Source: an uncultured Verrucomicrobiota bacterium (GTDB lineage: Bacteria > Verrucomicrobiota > Verrucomicrobiia > Limisphaerales > UBA9464). Taken from it: a stretch of DNA of 64,000 nt. Under the pieces are notes generated by a model. It did not search any database. It was not told the origin of the DNA and worked only from the letters and a program-made list of their open reading frames with translations. Position numbers and translations under genes: made by a program. The stretch covers positions 85,293-149,292 of the forward strand of contig CAZGIK010000004.1 in the NCBI GenBank assembly GCA_964525755.1. Direction: 5' to 3'. This document shows, piece after piece, positions 9,109-18,409 of the stretch (its first letter is position 1; every line of letters begins with the position of its first letter).

Positions 9109-10572
9109 ATGGCCAAGCGGGATTCCGGCCCGGGTGCGACCCCGACCCGACCGGCCTTCCCCCGCGCAACCGCCGGCCGTAGCGTCGGCGCCGTGGACCG
9201 TTGGCCAGAACCCCTCCGCACCGCCCTCGCCGCGCTCCCCGCCCCCGCCCCCGGCCCGCTCGTCGTCGGGGTCTCGGGCGGACTCGACTCCGTCGTCCTC
9301 CTCGACGGCCTGGTGCGGCTCGCCCGGGAATCCGGATGGGATCTCACCGTGGCCCACCTCGACCACGCGCTCCGACCGGGTTCGGATGCCGATGCCCGTT
9401 TCGTCGACCAGCTCGCCCGACGGCTCGGATGCCCGTCGGCGATCGAACGGCTTCCCACGGGCTGGCACCGGGAACGCCAGGGGGAGTCGGTCGAGATGGC
9501 GGCGCGGCGGCATCGGCACCGGTTCCTCGCCCGTGTGGCCCGGGGCGTCGGCGCGGGGCACGTCGCCCTGGCGCACCATGCCGACGACCAGGCGGAACTC
9601 CTGCTCCTCCGCCTGCTCCGCGGGGCGGGTTCCGACGGGCTGGGCGGCCTGCGGGCGGTCGCCCCGAGCCCGGCCGACCCGGGGATCCTGCTCCTCCGTC
9701 CCCTGCTCGCCCTGCCCCGGGCCGTCCTCGAGGCCCTGGCCCGGACGGGCGGGCTGGAATGGCGCGAGGATCCCAGCAACGCCGACCCGGCCTTCCTCCG
9801 GAACCGGGTGCGCCATGAGGTCCTGCCGTATCTGGCCGGGATCGCGGGGCCGGGCCTGGCCGGCCGGCTGGCGCGGACGGCGACAATCCTGGGGGACGAG
9901 GCCGACTGGATCGCGGCCGAGGCCGACCGGTGGTTGCGGGCGGCCAGACCCCGGGCCTTCGGGCGCCTGCCGGTCGCCCTGCAGCGGGCGGTCCTGCGGG
10001 AGCAGCTCTGGCGGCTGGGGGTGGAGGCCACCTGGGAACGGGTTGAACACCTGCGCCTCCACCCGGGATCGGCCCTCACCCCGGGCACCGGCCTCCGCCT
10101 CGGGAGGCGACCCGACGGCCACCTGGACGCCACCGCGCTGGAGCGACGGACCTGGAATCCCGACGAGGTCCGGGTGCTTCTGGGGACCTCGGCAGGCTCC
10201 GTCACGTTCGGCGGGGTCGGGATCACCTGGCGGAGGCGGCGATCGGCCGGGCGCGTCCCGCCCCCCCGCACCGGCCGGGAGACGCTGGACGCCGACGCCG
10301 TCGGCTCCGGGATCCTGTTGCGGCACTGGCGGCCCGGTGACCGGTTCCAGCCCCTTGGCATGGAGCGCCCGGCCAAGCTGCAGGACCTGTGGGTCAACCG
10401 GAAGGTTCCCCGCGCCGAGCGGTTCCGCCGGGTCGTGGCGGCCACGGCCGACGGGCGCCTGTTCTGGGTCGAGGGCCTGCCTCCGGGCGAGGCGTTCCGG
10501 ATCGGTCCGGCAACCCGGCATCGGCTCGACTGGACCTGGGACCGCACGAGCCCGGAAAGCACGGCGGAATGA
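9109..10572 (+). CDS. tilS: tRNA(Ile)-lysidine synthase
   Basis: Frame of track ORF 8989..10572. PP-loop VGVSGGLDSVVLL, then HLDHALR and HHADDQAELLLLRLLRG. The start is uncertain: ATG 9109 or in-frame GTG 9193. Confidence 0.85.
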   Translation: MAKRDSGPGATPTRPAFPRATAGRSVGAVDRWPEPLRTALAALPAPAPGPLVVGVSGGLDSVVLLDGLVRLARESGWDLTVAHLDHALRPGSDADARFVDQLARRLGCPSAIERLPTGWHRERQGESVEMAARRHRHRFLARVARGVGAGHVALAHHADDQAELLLLRLLRGAGSDGLGGLRAVAPSPADPGILLLRPLLALPRAVLEALARTGGLEWREDPSNADPAFLRNRVRHEVLPYLAGIAGPGLAGRLARTATILGDEADWIAAEADRWLRAARPRAFGRLPVALQRAVLREQLWRLGVEATWERVEHLRLHPGSALTPGTGLRLGRRPDGHLDATALERRTWNPDEVRVLLGTSAGSVTFGGVGITWRRRRSAGRVPPPRTGRETLDADAVGSGILLRHWRPGDRFQPLGMERPAKLQDLWVNRKVPRAERFRRVVAATADGRLFWVEGLPPGEAFRIGPATRHRLDWTWDRTSPESTAE

Positions 10573-10638
10573 TTTCATCCCGTCGCCTACCGACAATTGC
10601 GCCCCCGGGGGTCGGGTGTTAGCGTCCGACGCCAAAGC

Positions 10639-12651
10639 ATGTCGGACGAATCCAATTACAACGGGGGCGACCGGCGCCCGACCGAGCCGCGAATGCCGGC
10701 CCGGACGTGGGTGCTGATGATCGCCCTCGCGGCGTGTGTCCCGCTGCTGATGTTCCTGAACCAGCGGCGACAGCCCCACGCCCGCCAGATCACCCAGCCC
10801 CAGCTGCTGGGGCTGGTCCAGTCGAATCTCGTCCGCAACGGCACCGTCACCTACTCCTCCAGTTCCCGCTACCTGCACGGGGTGACCGGCGAATTCATCG
10901 AGACCGACGCGGTCGGCAAGACCAACGTCGTCCCGTTCTTCGTCAATGCCCGCCTCACCCAGGACATCGAGAGCATGCTGGTTAACGAGGCCGGATTCCG
11001 GCCGGAGGAGAACAGCAACGTCTGGCTGTCGGTCATGGTCCAGCTGCTGCCCATCCTCCTGATCGGCGTCCTGATCTGGTTCTTCTTCATCCGGCAGATC
11101 AAGGCCGCCGGTCGCGGCGCCCTCAGCTTCGGGAAGTCCAAGGCCCGCCTGCTGGCCAAGGACAAGAACAAGACCACCTTCAAGGACGTGGCCGGGGTGG
11201 ACGAGGCCAAGGAGGAGGTCGGCGAACTGGTGGAGTTCCTCAAGGACCCGAAGAAGTTCCAGAAGCTCGGCGGCCGCATCCCCAAGGGAATCCTCATGGT
11301 GGGCCCGCCCGGGACCGGCAAGACCCTCCTCGCCAAGGCCATCGCCGGCGAGGCCGATGCCAGCTTCTTCAGCATCTCGGGATCGGATTTCGTGGAGATG
11401 TTCGTCGGCGTCGGCGCCAGCCGGGTCCGGGACATGTTCGAGCAGGCCCGCAAGAACACGCCGTGCCTGATCTTCATCGACGAGATCGACGCCGTGGGAC
11501 GGAGCCGCGGGCACGGCCTCGGGGGCGGCAACGACGAGCGGGAGCAGACCCTCAATGCCCTGCTGGTCGAGATGGACGGATTCGACACCCAGGAGGGCAT
11601 CATCATCATCGCCGCCACCAACCGGCCCGATGTCCTCGATCCCGCCCTCCTGCGCCCCGGCCGGTTCGACCGCCAGGTGACCGTCAACCTCCCCGACGTC
11701 CGCGGCCGCGAGGCCATCCTCAAGGTCCACGCCAAGAACGTGAAGCTCGACGGGTCGGTCGACCTCTCGGTCATCGCCCGCGGCACCCCCGGGTTCTCCG
11801 GGGCGGAACTCGCCAACCTCCTCAACGAGGCCGCCCTCCTGGCGGCCCGCACCGGCAAGAAGTCCATCGGAATGGAGGAACTGGAGGAGGCCCGCGACAA
11901 GGTGCGTTGGGGACGGGAACGCCGGAGCCTGGCGATGTCGGAGGAGGAGAAGCGCGGCACCGCCTGGCATGAGGCCGGCCACGCCGTGGTCAACGTGCTC
12001 CTCGAGCACACCCATCCCCTCCACAAGGTCACCATCATCCCCCGCGGCCAGGCCCTCGGCGCCACCATGTACCTCCCCAAGGAGGACATCCTCAACCGCC
12101 GGAAGAAGGAGCTCGAGGACCTCATCACCGTCATGATGGCGGGCCGCATCGCCGAGGAGATGGTCACGAACGACATCTCGAGCGGGGCCTCCGGCGACAT
12201 CCAGCAGGCCACCCACATGGCCAAGGCCATGGTGATGCACTGGGGCATGAGCGAACGCCTCGGGATGGTCCAGTACGGCGAGTCGCAGGAGTACGTGTTC
12301 CTCGGACGCGACATGATGCGTTCCAAGGACTACTCCGAGGCGATCGCCCAGGAGATCGACGCCGAGGTGAAACGCATCATCGACTCGGGCTACCACCGCG
12401 CCAAGGAGTTGCTCGACAGCCACCGCGACAAGCTCGAGCTGGTGGCCAAGGCGCTCCTCGAGTACGAGACGCTCGAGGGTTCGCAGGTCGACGAGATCGT
12501 CCGCACCGGCCGGTTCACCCCGCCGCCGGTGAAGCCGACGGATGTCGAGCCCCCGTCCGGCGCCCAGGCGACCACCCCGACCCCCGAGGTGCCGAAGCCC
12601 ACCCCGCCGAAGCTCCCCGGCTTCGGCAACCCGGCGCCGGCCGCGGTCTGA
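10639..12651 (+). CDS. ftsH: ATP-dependent zinc metalloprotease FtsH
   Basis: Frame of track ORF 10597..12651, starting at ATG 10639. Walker A GPPGTGKT, Walker B IIFIDEID, SRH region, zinc site HEAGHA, and N-terminal TM segments. Confidence 0.95.
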   Translation: MSDESNYNGGDRRPTEPRMPARTWVLMIALAACVPLLMFLNQRRQPHARQITQPQLLGLVQSNLVRNGTVTYSSSSRYLHGVTGEFIETDAVGKTNVVPFFVNARLTQDIESMLVNEAGFRPEENSNVWLSVMVQLLPILLIGVLIWFFFIRQIKAAGRGALSFGKSKARLLAKDKNKTTFKDVAGVDEAKEEVGELVEFLKDPKKFQKLGGRIPKGILMVGPPGTGKTLLAKAIAGEADASFFSISGSDFVEMFVGVGASRVRDMFEQARKNTPCLIFIDEIDAVGRSRGHGLGGGNDEREQTLNALLVEMDGFDTQEGIIIIAATNRPDVLDPALLRPGRFDRQVTVNLPDVRGREAILKVHAKNVKLDGSVDLSVIARGTPGFSGAELANLLNEAALLAARTGKKSIGMEELEEARDKVRWGRERRSLAMSEEEKRGTAWHEAGHAVVNVLLEHTHPLHKVTIIPRGQALGATMYLPKEDILNRRKKELEDLITVMMAGRIAEEMVTNDISSGASGDIQQATHMAKAMVMHWGMSERLGMVQYGESQEYVFLGRDMMRSKDYSEAIAQEIDAEVKRIIDSGYHRAKELLDSHRDKLELVAKALLEYETLEGSQVDEIVRTGRFTPPPVKPTDVEPPSGAQATTPTPEVPKPTPPKLPGFGNPAPAAV

Positions 12652-12657
12652 CCGGAC

Positions 12658-12695
12658 GGGCGCGGCCCCCGCCCCCCTCGGCGGGGGCCGCGCCC
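12658..12695. terminator. Bidirectional GC-rich hairpin between the convergent ftsH and the ATP-grasp-like gene
   Basis: GGGCGCGGCCCCCGCC (12658-12673), loop CCCCTC, then GGCGGGGGCCGCGCCC (12680-12695). This is a perfect 16-bp stem, 6 nt after the ftsH stop and 1 nt before the opposing stop codon. There is no long U-tract. Confidence 0.6.
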
Positions 12696-12696
12696 T

Positions 12697-14073
12697 TCAG
12701 TCGGATCGGCCGGGGGCCGTGCCGGGGATTCCATCCCGGGATGCCTCCACCACGGGCACCAGCACGGCGTCGCCCATCCCGTGAATGATCTTCTTGTCGG
12801 CCGGGTTGATCGTCGCCAGCACCCCCCCGAGGTGGGTCCGGGCCGCGTCGCCTTCGCCGTGCACGAAGTAGTACGGGCACAGTCGCACCCGCCCGGGCAT
12901 CGCCACCTCCCGACCGGACGCCGGATCGACCCAGGTGGTCTCGACCAGGCGCGGTTTCCGGTACTCCTGCAGGACGTGCGGGTGATCCGGCCAGTCCCGA
13001 AGGGCCCCGTCCACCGCGGCCGACCAGTCGGCCCCGCTGAGGTCGCTGCCCAGGTGCACCCCGCGGGATCCCCACGCCCGCTCGGAGAAACCCGATATCT
13101 TCAGCACCAAGTCCCGCTCCCGCTGCGACAGGAGCTTCAGCTGCCGCCAGTCGGTCAGGTCCAGTCCCGGATAGGCGGCATGGGGCGGGAGCGGCGTCGG
13201 ATCCAGCACCCACGACCGCGGGACCATCGGACGGAGACGCCTCAGGAACCCGTCGCCCAACTGCTCCCTCCAGTAGCCGGTGAGGTTCCGGTTCCCCAGC
13301 AATGCCAGCCAGAGCTTCTCCTCGAACAGGGGCCGCGGCGGCGGGGTGAGGCGGACCTCCCGCCGCCTGGCCGCCTCGAACAGCGGGCCGGAGGCGGGCA
13401 CCTGGGGCAGGTCGAACAGCTCGAAGAACCGGTACACGGCGTCGCCCGTTGCCCATCGGGTGAAGCTCCCGTCCACCACACCGAACCGATCCCGCCCGAG
13501 TCGATCCGCCAGCCATTCCATCTCCGGCCGGTAGGTCGCCGCCTCCTCGGAGACCATCAGATGCACCCGCGTCGCCGTGCCAAAGATCCCCTCGAACCCC
13601 CGCCGCATCCCGTCGGCCCCGCCCAGCACCGGGTCGCCCAGCCCGGCATAGGTCTCATTGAGCCATTGGGTGAGCCCGATGCCGCCCGGAACGGAGTCCA
13701 GCTCGGTGATGACGAACCCGTCGTCGGTGAGCAGCAGGTCGGGTCGGATGACCCGTGGAAGTTCGCTGCGGAAGGCGGGATCCCGCTGGAGGGCGACCAG
13801 TTCCGCGGGCTTGCCCTGGTCCAGCAGCGCGGACACCCAGCCGGGCTGGCGTCCCTCGGACGACCACCGGTACAGCAGGCTGGCGGCGCGCTGGAACTGC
13901 AGGAGGACCCGTCCGAGCCCCTCGAGCTCGCGGACCAGGGCCGGCTCGAGGACGAACGGACGCGGACCGATCCGCCACCGGAGCCCGTCGAACAGTCCGT
14001 CGGCCGGCATCGCCGCCTGCACCCTGCCGGCCCGATCGGCAGCCGTCAGGCCGTCCGGGGACACCGGGCTCAT
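12697..14073 (-). CDS. Conserved hypothetical protein, ATP-grasp-like (glutathionylspermidine-synthase / circularly-permuted ATP-grasp flavour); function unknown
   Basis: Last 458 aa of track ORF 12697..14946(-). ATG 14073 overlaps the proA stop (ATGA). Blocks VIRPDLLLTDDGFVITELDSVPGGIGL, EEKLWLALLGNRNLTGYW and LVLKISGFSERAWGSRGVHLG resemble nucleotide-binding strands of ATP-grasp ligases. The assignment is by eye only. Confidence 0.45.
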   Translation of the reverse strand: MSPVSPDGLTAADRAGRVQAAMPADGLFDGLRWRIGPRPFVLEPALVRELEGLGRVLLQFQRAASLLYRWSSEGRQPGWVSALLDQGKPAELVALQRDPAFRSELPRVIRPDLLLTDDGFVITELDSVPGGIGLTQWLNETYAGLGDPVLGGADGMRRGFEGIFGTATRVHLMVSEEAATYRPEMEWLADRLGRDRFGVVDGSFTRWATGDAVYRFFELFDLPQVPASGPLFEAARRREVRLTPPPRPLFEEKLWLALLGNRNLTGYWREQLGDGFLRRLRPMVPRSWVLDPTPLPPHAAYPGLDLTDWRQLKLLSQRERDLVLKISGFSERAWGSRGVHLGSDLSGADWSAAVDGALRDWPDHPHVLQEYRKPRLVETTWVDPASGREVAMPGRVRLCPYYFVHGEGDAARTHLGGVLATINPADKKIIHGMGDAVLVPVVEASRDGIPGTAPGRSD

Positions 14074-15338
14074 TCGCGGATCTGGCCGTTGCCGAAGCCC
14101 AGCCACTTGTAGGTGCAGAGTTCCTCCAGGCCCATCGGCCCCCGCGCGCCGATCTTGTCGGTGCTGATCCCGATCTCGGCCCCCATGCCGAACTCCCCGC
14201 CGTCGGTGAACCGGGTGGAGGCGTTCCAGTACACCGCCGCGGAATCCACCTCGTGGAGGAAGCGCTGCGCCGTGGCCTCGTTGGCCGTGACGATCGCGTC
14301 GGAATGCCCCGACCCGTGGTCGGCAATGTGGCGGATCGCGGCATCCACCCCCTCCACCACCCGGACGTTCACCGTGTAGTCGTTGTACTCCGTCTCCCAG
14401 TCGGCCTCGGTCGCCTCCCGCACCACGTTGCCGCGGTTCCCGACACCAAAACGCAGGAGCGGGATCGACTCGGGATCGGCATGGAACTCGACGCCCTTCT
14501 GCGCCAACCGGGAGGCGACGCACGGGAGGAAACGTCCGGCGACGGCCCGGTCGACCAGGAGGGTCTCGGCGGCGTTGCACACGGAGGGACGCTGGCACTT
14601 GGCATTGAAGGCGATGGCCTCGGCCATCTCCAGGTCCGCGTCGCGATCCACATACACGTGGCAGACGCCCTTGTAGTGCTTGATCACCGGCACGCGGCTG
14701 CACTCGGTCACCGCGCGGATCAGGCCCTCGCCGCCACGGGGCATGCAGAGGTCGACGTAACGGGTGAGCGACAGGAGGGCCGGGATGGCGGCCCGGTCGG
14801 GGGTGGGGACCACCTGGATGCCGTGCTCGGGAAACGCCGGCACCGCGCGCCGCGCCGCCCCGACCATCGTGCGGGCGATCACCTGGTTGGAATGCAGCGC
14901 CTCGCGCCCGCCCCGCAGGATGCAGGCGTTGCCCGTCTTGAGGCACAGGCTGGCGGCGTCGGCGGTGACGTTCGGACGCGACTCGTAGATGATCACCACC
15001 ACCCCGATCGGCGTGGCGACCTTGCGCAACCGGAGGCCGTTGGGACGGACCCGCTCGTCGAGCACCCGGCCCACCGGGTCGGGGAGCGCGGCCACCTCGC
15101 GGAGTCCGGAGGCCATGGCGGCGATCCGGGCCGGGGTGAGGGTCAGGCGCTCGAGCATGGCACCGGACAGCCCGAGGGAGCGGCCGACCTCGAGGTCCCG
15201 GGCATTGGCCTCGGCCAACTCCGGTGCGGCCGCCTCGAGCGCCGTGGCCATGGCCCCCAAGGCGGCGTTCTTCTCGTCCGTCCCCAACCGGGCCAGGACC
15301 CGGGATGCCTCCCGGGCCTGCCGCGCCAGCACCGTCAT
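14070..15338 (-). CDS. proA: Gamma-glutamyl phosphate reductase
   Basis: Frame of track ORF 14070..15542(-), starting at ATG 15338 (or GTG 15356). Blocks IGVVVIIYESRPNVT, NACILRGGREA, FNAKCQRPSVCNAAETLLV and ASTRFTDGGEFG. Confidence 0.9.
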   Translation of the reverse strand: MTVLARQAREASRVLARLGTDEKNAALGAMATALEAAAPELAEANARDLEVGRSLGLSGAMLERLTLTPARIAAMASGLREVAALPDPVGRVLDERVRPNGLRLRKVATPIGVVVIIYESRPNVTADAASLCLKTGNACILRGGREALHSNQVIARTMVGAARRAVPAFPEHGIQVVPTPDRAAIPALLSLTRYVDLCMPRGGEGLIRAVTECSRVPVIKHYKGVCHVYVDRDADLEMAEAIAFNAKCQRPSVCNAAETLLVDRAVAGRFLPCVASRLAQKGVEFHADPESIPLLRFGVGNRGNVVREATEADWETEYNDYTVNVRVVEGVDAAIRHIADHGSGHSDAIVTANEATAQRFLHEVDSAAVYWNASTRFTDGGEFGMGAEIGISTDKIGARGPMGLEELCTYKWLGFGNGQIRE

Positions 15339-15520
15339 CTCCTCCAGCAACGTCACGGCCCGAGGGTAGTGGAAGGCCGGCGCCGAGGAAGGCGGAATCC
15401 CGGCCGTCGGCGTCGAATCAATGGTTGGCAGGCCGCCGGGGGCTCGGGCAATATCCGGCCCGGAATACCGGTTGCCCGGTCCCCCGCGGGGCCGGCATCC
15501 AACGGGAAAGCGGACATCGC

Positions 15521-15793
15521 ATGGCAGACTACTCCGATCCATACCACCGTTCCGACTCCGGCCCCCGCTCGGTCGAAATCCTCTACGAGGTCAGCCTGCA
15601 GGCCGAGCGGAAGACCCTCTCCCTCTCGCTGCGCCAGAACAGCCGCGGACGCTTCCTGCGCATCACCGAGGAGGTCGGTGGCCGCCGCGACGCCATCGTG
15701 GTTCCGGCCTCGGGACTGGAGGACTTCCGGCAGGCCCTCGACAACGTGCTGGCCGCCGACGCGGCCAACGCCAACGAGGACGAGGGACTCTGA
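15521..15793 (+). CDS. PUR-alpha-like single-repeat ssDNA/RNA-binding protein (DUF3276/PUR family)
   Basis: Tail of track ORF 15224..15793, starting at ATG 15521; 90 aa. The core LYEVSLQAERKTLSLSLRQNSRGRFLRITEEVGGRRDAIVVPASGLEDFRQAL matches the PUR-repeat pattern (K-x-F/L-x-L-x-L-K/R-x-N-x-R-G-R-F-L-R-I-x-E...G-R-R..I..P..G...F). Confidence 0.65.
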   Translation: MADYSDPYHRSDSGPRSVEILYEVSLQAERKTLSLSLRQNSRGRFLRITEEVGGRRDAIVVPASGLEDFRQALDNVLAADAANANEDEGL

Positions 15794-15924
15794 CCGGGAC
15801 GCCGCGACGGACCCGGAGCCCTTCCGGTCGCGTCATCCACGACTGAGAGACAGGAAACTTCGAGGGGTCCTGTTTTCGCGGAAACGGCCAGCGGGTGGTC
15901 TTTGGCCGATCGGTCGGAAGCCGA

Positions 15925-16341
15925 TCAGCGGCCGGTTGCCGGGGACAGCGCCGGGGCTTCCGTCGCCTCGTCGCCCTTCGCCCCACCCTTCCGGGTGGCG
16001 GCCCGGCGCACCTTCGGCGCATCGCCCCACAGTCCCTCGAGATCGTACTTCTCGCGGACGTCCGCCCGCATGATGTGGACGATCACGTCGAAGAAATCCG
16101 CCACCACCCACTGGGTCTGGACCGCACCGTCGGTCGCCTGCGGGGTGATGCCGTGCTCGTCCTTGAGGCGACCGCAGACCTCGTCCTGGATCGCCCGCAG
16201 GTGGGGTTCGCTGGATCCGGTGGCGATCACGAAATAGTCCGTGACCGACGAGAGCTTCCTCACGTCGAGCACCACCACGTTCTCCGCCTTGCGGTTTTCG
16301 GCCAGCGTCCGGCAGAGCTGGGCCAGCTTCCTCGAATCCAT
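15925..16341 (-). CDS. rsfS: Ribosome silencing factor RsfS (iojap)
   Basis: Last 138 aa of track ORF 15925..17034(-), starting at ATG 16341. Blocks KAENVVVLDVRKLSSVTDYFVIATGSSEPHLRAI, WVVADFFDVIVHIM and REKYDLEGLW. Confidence 0.9.
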   Translation of the reverse strand: MDSRKLAQLCRTLAENRKAENVVVLDVRKLSSVTDYFVIATGSSEPHLRAIQDEVCGRLKDEHGITPQATDGAVQTQWVVADFFDVIVHIMRADVREKYDLEGLWGDAPKVRRAATRKGGAKGDEATEAPALSPATGR

Positions 16342-16483
16342 GCGGCCCGGAGGATGGGGCGCCCACCCGCCGAGATAAAGCCGATTCCCGTCCCACCCGG
16401 AAAGCGCCCCCCACCGCCGGCCGGCCGCCGCCGCCCCCCAATCCCGGCCTTGCCTTCGCCGCTTTGCCGTAGAGAGTGGGGCC

Positions 16484-17119
16484 ATGACACCGGGAGAGGC
16501 GGCGGCGCAGCTGGCGACGATCCGGACGCTGATGGAGCGGTCCGCCCTGTATCGGCGCGCCCTGACCCCGATCGCCCTGGCGGTGGGGTGCATCGGGCTG
16601 GCGGGTGCCCTGACGGGATACGGGCTCCGGATCGACTCCGCGGCCGGGTTCACGGCGTGGTGGCTGGGAACCGGGCTGGCATCGGCGGCGGTGGCCCTGG
16701 TGCTGATCCGTCGGCAGGCATTGAAGGACCGCGAGCCGTTCTGGTCGCCTCCCACCCGACGGGTGAGCCAGGCGATGGTCCCCGCGCTCGGTGCCGGCGT
16801 GGCGATCGCGGTGCCGTTCCTCCTCGACCAGCCCTGGGCGGTGCGGGTCACCTGGCTGCTGCCGGCCCTCTGGATGGTCCTGTACGGCCTCGCCCTGCAT
16901 GCCGCCGGGTTCTTCGCCACCCGGGGCATCCGCCTGCTGGGATGGGTGTTCATCATCGCCGGCGGGGCCGACCTCCTCTGGTGGACCTGCCCCCTGAACC
17001 AGTTCCCTCCGACCGGCCGGTCCCACCTGGTCATGGGGGCCGCCTTCGGTGTCGGCCACCTCGCCTACGCCGCCTACCTGCGCTTCACGGAAAACCGGAC
17101 TCCCGCCCGTGAGCCCTGA
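16484..17119 (+). CDS. Integral membrane protein, unknown function (about 5-6 TM)
   Basis: Track ORF. Hydrophobic segments are interspersed with short loops and it shows GC3-consistent codon usage. Its 3' end overlaps the start of the following regulator gene. Confidence 0.6.
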   Translation: MTPGEAAAQLATIRTLMERSALYRRALTPIALAVGCIGLAGALTGYGLRIDSAAGFTAWWLGTGLASAAVALVLIRRQALKDREPFWSPPTRRVSQAMVPALGAGVAIAVPFLLDQPWAVRVTWLLPALWMVLYGLALHAAGFFATRGIRLLGWVFIIAGGADLLWWTCPLNQFPPTGRSHLVMGAAFGVGHLAYAAYLRFTENRTPAREP

Positions 17120-17417
17120 ACCCCTCCGCCAGCTCGACCGACTCATCCACGAGAAGGGCCGCCTGGGGATCATGTCCCTCCTGGCCGCCTCGCCGGAGGT
17201 GTCCTTCACCGAGCTGCGGGACCAGCTCGGCATGACCGACGGGAACCTCACCACGCACATCCGGACCCTCCAGCAGGCAGGCTACCTCGCCGTCACCAAG
17301 GCCTACCGGGACCATCGTCCCCTCACCACCTGCCACCTCACCGAGGCCGGCCGCACCGCCTTCCACCACTACCTGTCCCTCCTCGAGCAGATCCTCCACG
17401 AGGTCCGGCCCGATTGA
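17109..17417 (+). CDS. Small winged-helix transcriptional regulator (ArsR/MarR-like HTH)
   Basis: Frame of track ORF 17049..17417. The likely start, GTG 17109, overlaps the upstream gene by 11 nt. Sequence: LDRLIHEKGRLGIMSLLAASPEVSFTELRDQLGMTDGNLTTHIRTLQQAGYLAV...LTEAGR. Confidence 0.7.
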   Translation: MSPEPLRQLDRLIHEKGRLGIMSLLAASPEVSFTELRDQLGMTDGNLTTHIRTLQQAGYLAVTKAYRDHRPLTTCHLTEAGRTAFHHYLSLLEQILHEVRPD

Positions 17418-17482
17418 TTCCAGCCCCGCCGTTTGAACATCCACGACCCGCCGCGGTCGATCACTTTGCAATACAAAGCACC

Positions 17483-18394
17483 ATGAGAATCCTGAAGGCC
17501 GATCATCTGGGAATGTGTTTCGGGGTGCGCGACGCGATCGCGCTGGCGCGTCGCGAGGCGGCGCGCGGGCCGGTGACGGTGGTGGGGCGGCTGGTCCACA
17601 ACGAGACGGTGGTGGGACGGCTTCGCCGGGAGGGCGTGTCGTCCACGCCGGATCCCGACGGCGTGACGACGCCGGTGGCGATCATCACGGCCCACGGCAC
17701 ATCCGACCGCCGGCGCGAGGCCCTGCGGGAGCGGGGACTGGAAGTGGCGGATGCCACCTGTCCGCTGGTCCACCGCGCCCATGAGGCCCTCGGCCGGCTG
17801 GTCCGGGACGGGTTCCATCCGGTCATCATCGGCATTCCCGACCACGTCGAGGTGCGGGGCCTGGCGGAGGATCATCCCGGGGTGGAGATCGTGCGGGATG
17901 AGGCCGGAATCGACTCCCTTCCGATCCGCCCCCGGTACGGGGTGGTGTCGCAGACGACCCAGCCGGTGGCCCGGGTCCGGGCGCTGGTCGCCCGCCTGCG
18001 CGACCGCATGCCCGACTCCCTGGTCCGCTGGATCGACACCGTCTGCCGTCCCACGAAGGAACGCCAGGAGGCGGCGGAGGCGCTGGCGGCGGAGGCCGAC
18101 GTGGTGGTGGTGGTCGGCGGACCGCTCAGCAACAACACCCGGGAACTGGCCGCGACCTGCCGGCTCCAGTGTCTCCGGGTGCATCCGGTGTCGACGGTGG
18201 AGGAACTCCGGCGGGAGTGGTTCGGCCCGGACGACACGGTGGGGCTGACGGCCGGGACGTCGACTCCGGACGACGTGATCGACGCCATCGAGCGCCGTCT
18301 GCGCGAGTGGGCGACCGGGTGCCGGGACGGCGGGGCCCCCGTCGCCCGGCCCGGGGGCGCCCTGCTTGAACGGACGGCCGCCGGGACTGTCTGA
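17483..18394 (+). CDS. ispH: 4-hydroxy-3-methylbut-2-enyl diphosphate reductase
   Basis: Frame of track ORF 17414..18394, starting at ATG 17483 (MRILKADHLGMCFGV). Blocks IITAHG, ATCPLV, VVSQTT and VVVVGGPLSNNT. The three conserved Cys are present. Confidence 0.9.
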   Translation: MRILKADHLGMCFGVRDAIALARREAARGPVTVVGRLVHNETVVGRLRREGVSSTPDPDGVTTPVAIITAHGTSDRRREALRERGLEVADATCPLVHRAHEALGRLVRDGFHPVIIGIPDHVEVRGLAEDHPGVEIVRDEAGIDSLPIRPRYGVVSQTTQPVARVRALVARLRDRMPDSLVRWIDTVCRPTKERQEAAEALAAEADVVVVVGGPLSNNTRELAATCRLQCLRVHPVSTVEELRREWFGPDDTVGLTAGTSTPDDVIDAIERRLREWATGCRDGGAPVARPGGALLERTAAGTV

Positions 18395-18409
18395 GCCCTC
18401 GGATTTCCC

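Noticed and set aside
8479-12423. 1,314-aa ORF on the minus strand, the longest in this part of the track
   Set aside because: It lies antisense to tilS and ftsH. Its translation is Arg/Gly/Pro/Ala/Asp-rich low-complexity sequence with no motifs. The plus strand encodes FtsH with canonical Walker A/B and HEAGH motifs. It is a shadow ORF caused by GC3 bias.
15849-15877. Hairpin ACAGGA-N12-TCCTGT followed by TTTT, as a terminator between the PUR-like gene and rsfS
   Set aside because: It has only a 6-bp stem with a 12-nt loop, so its predicted stability is marginal. I did not list it as a feature.
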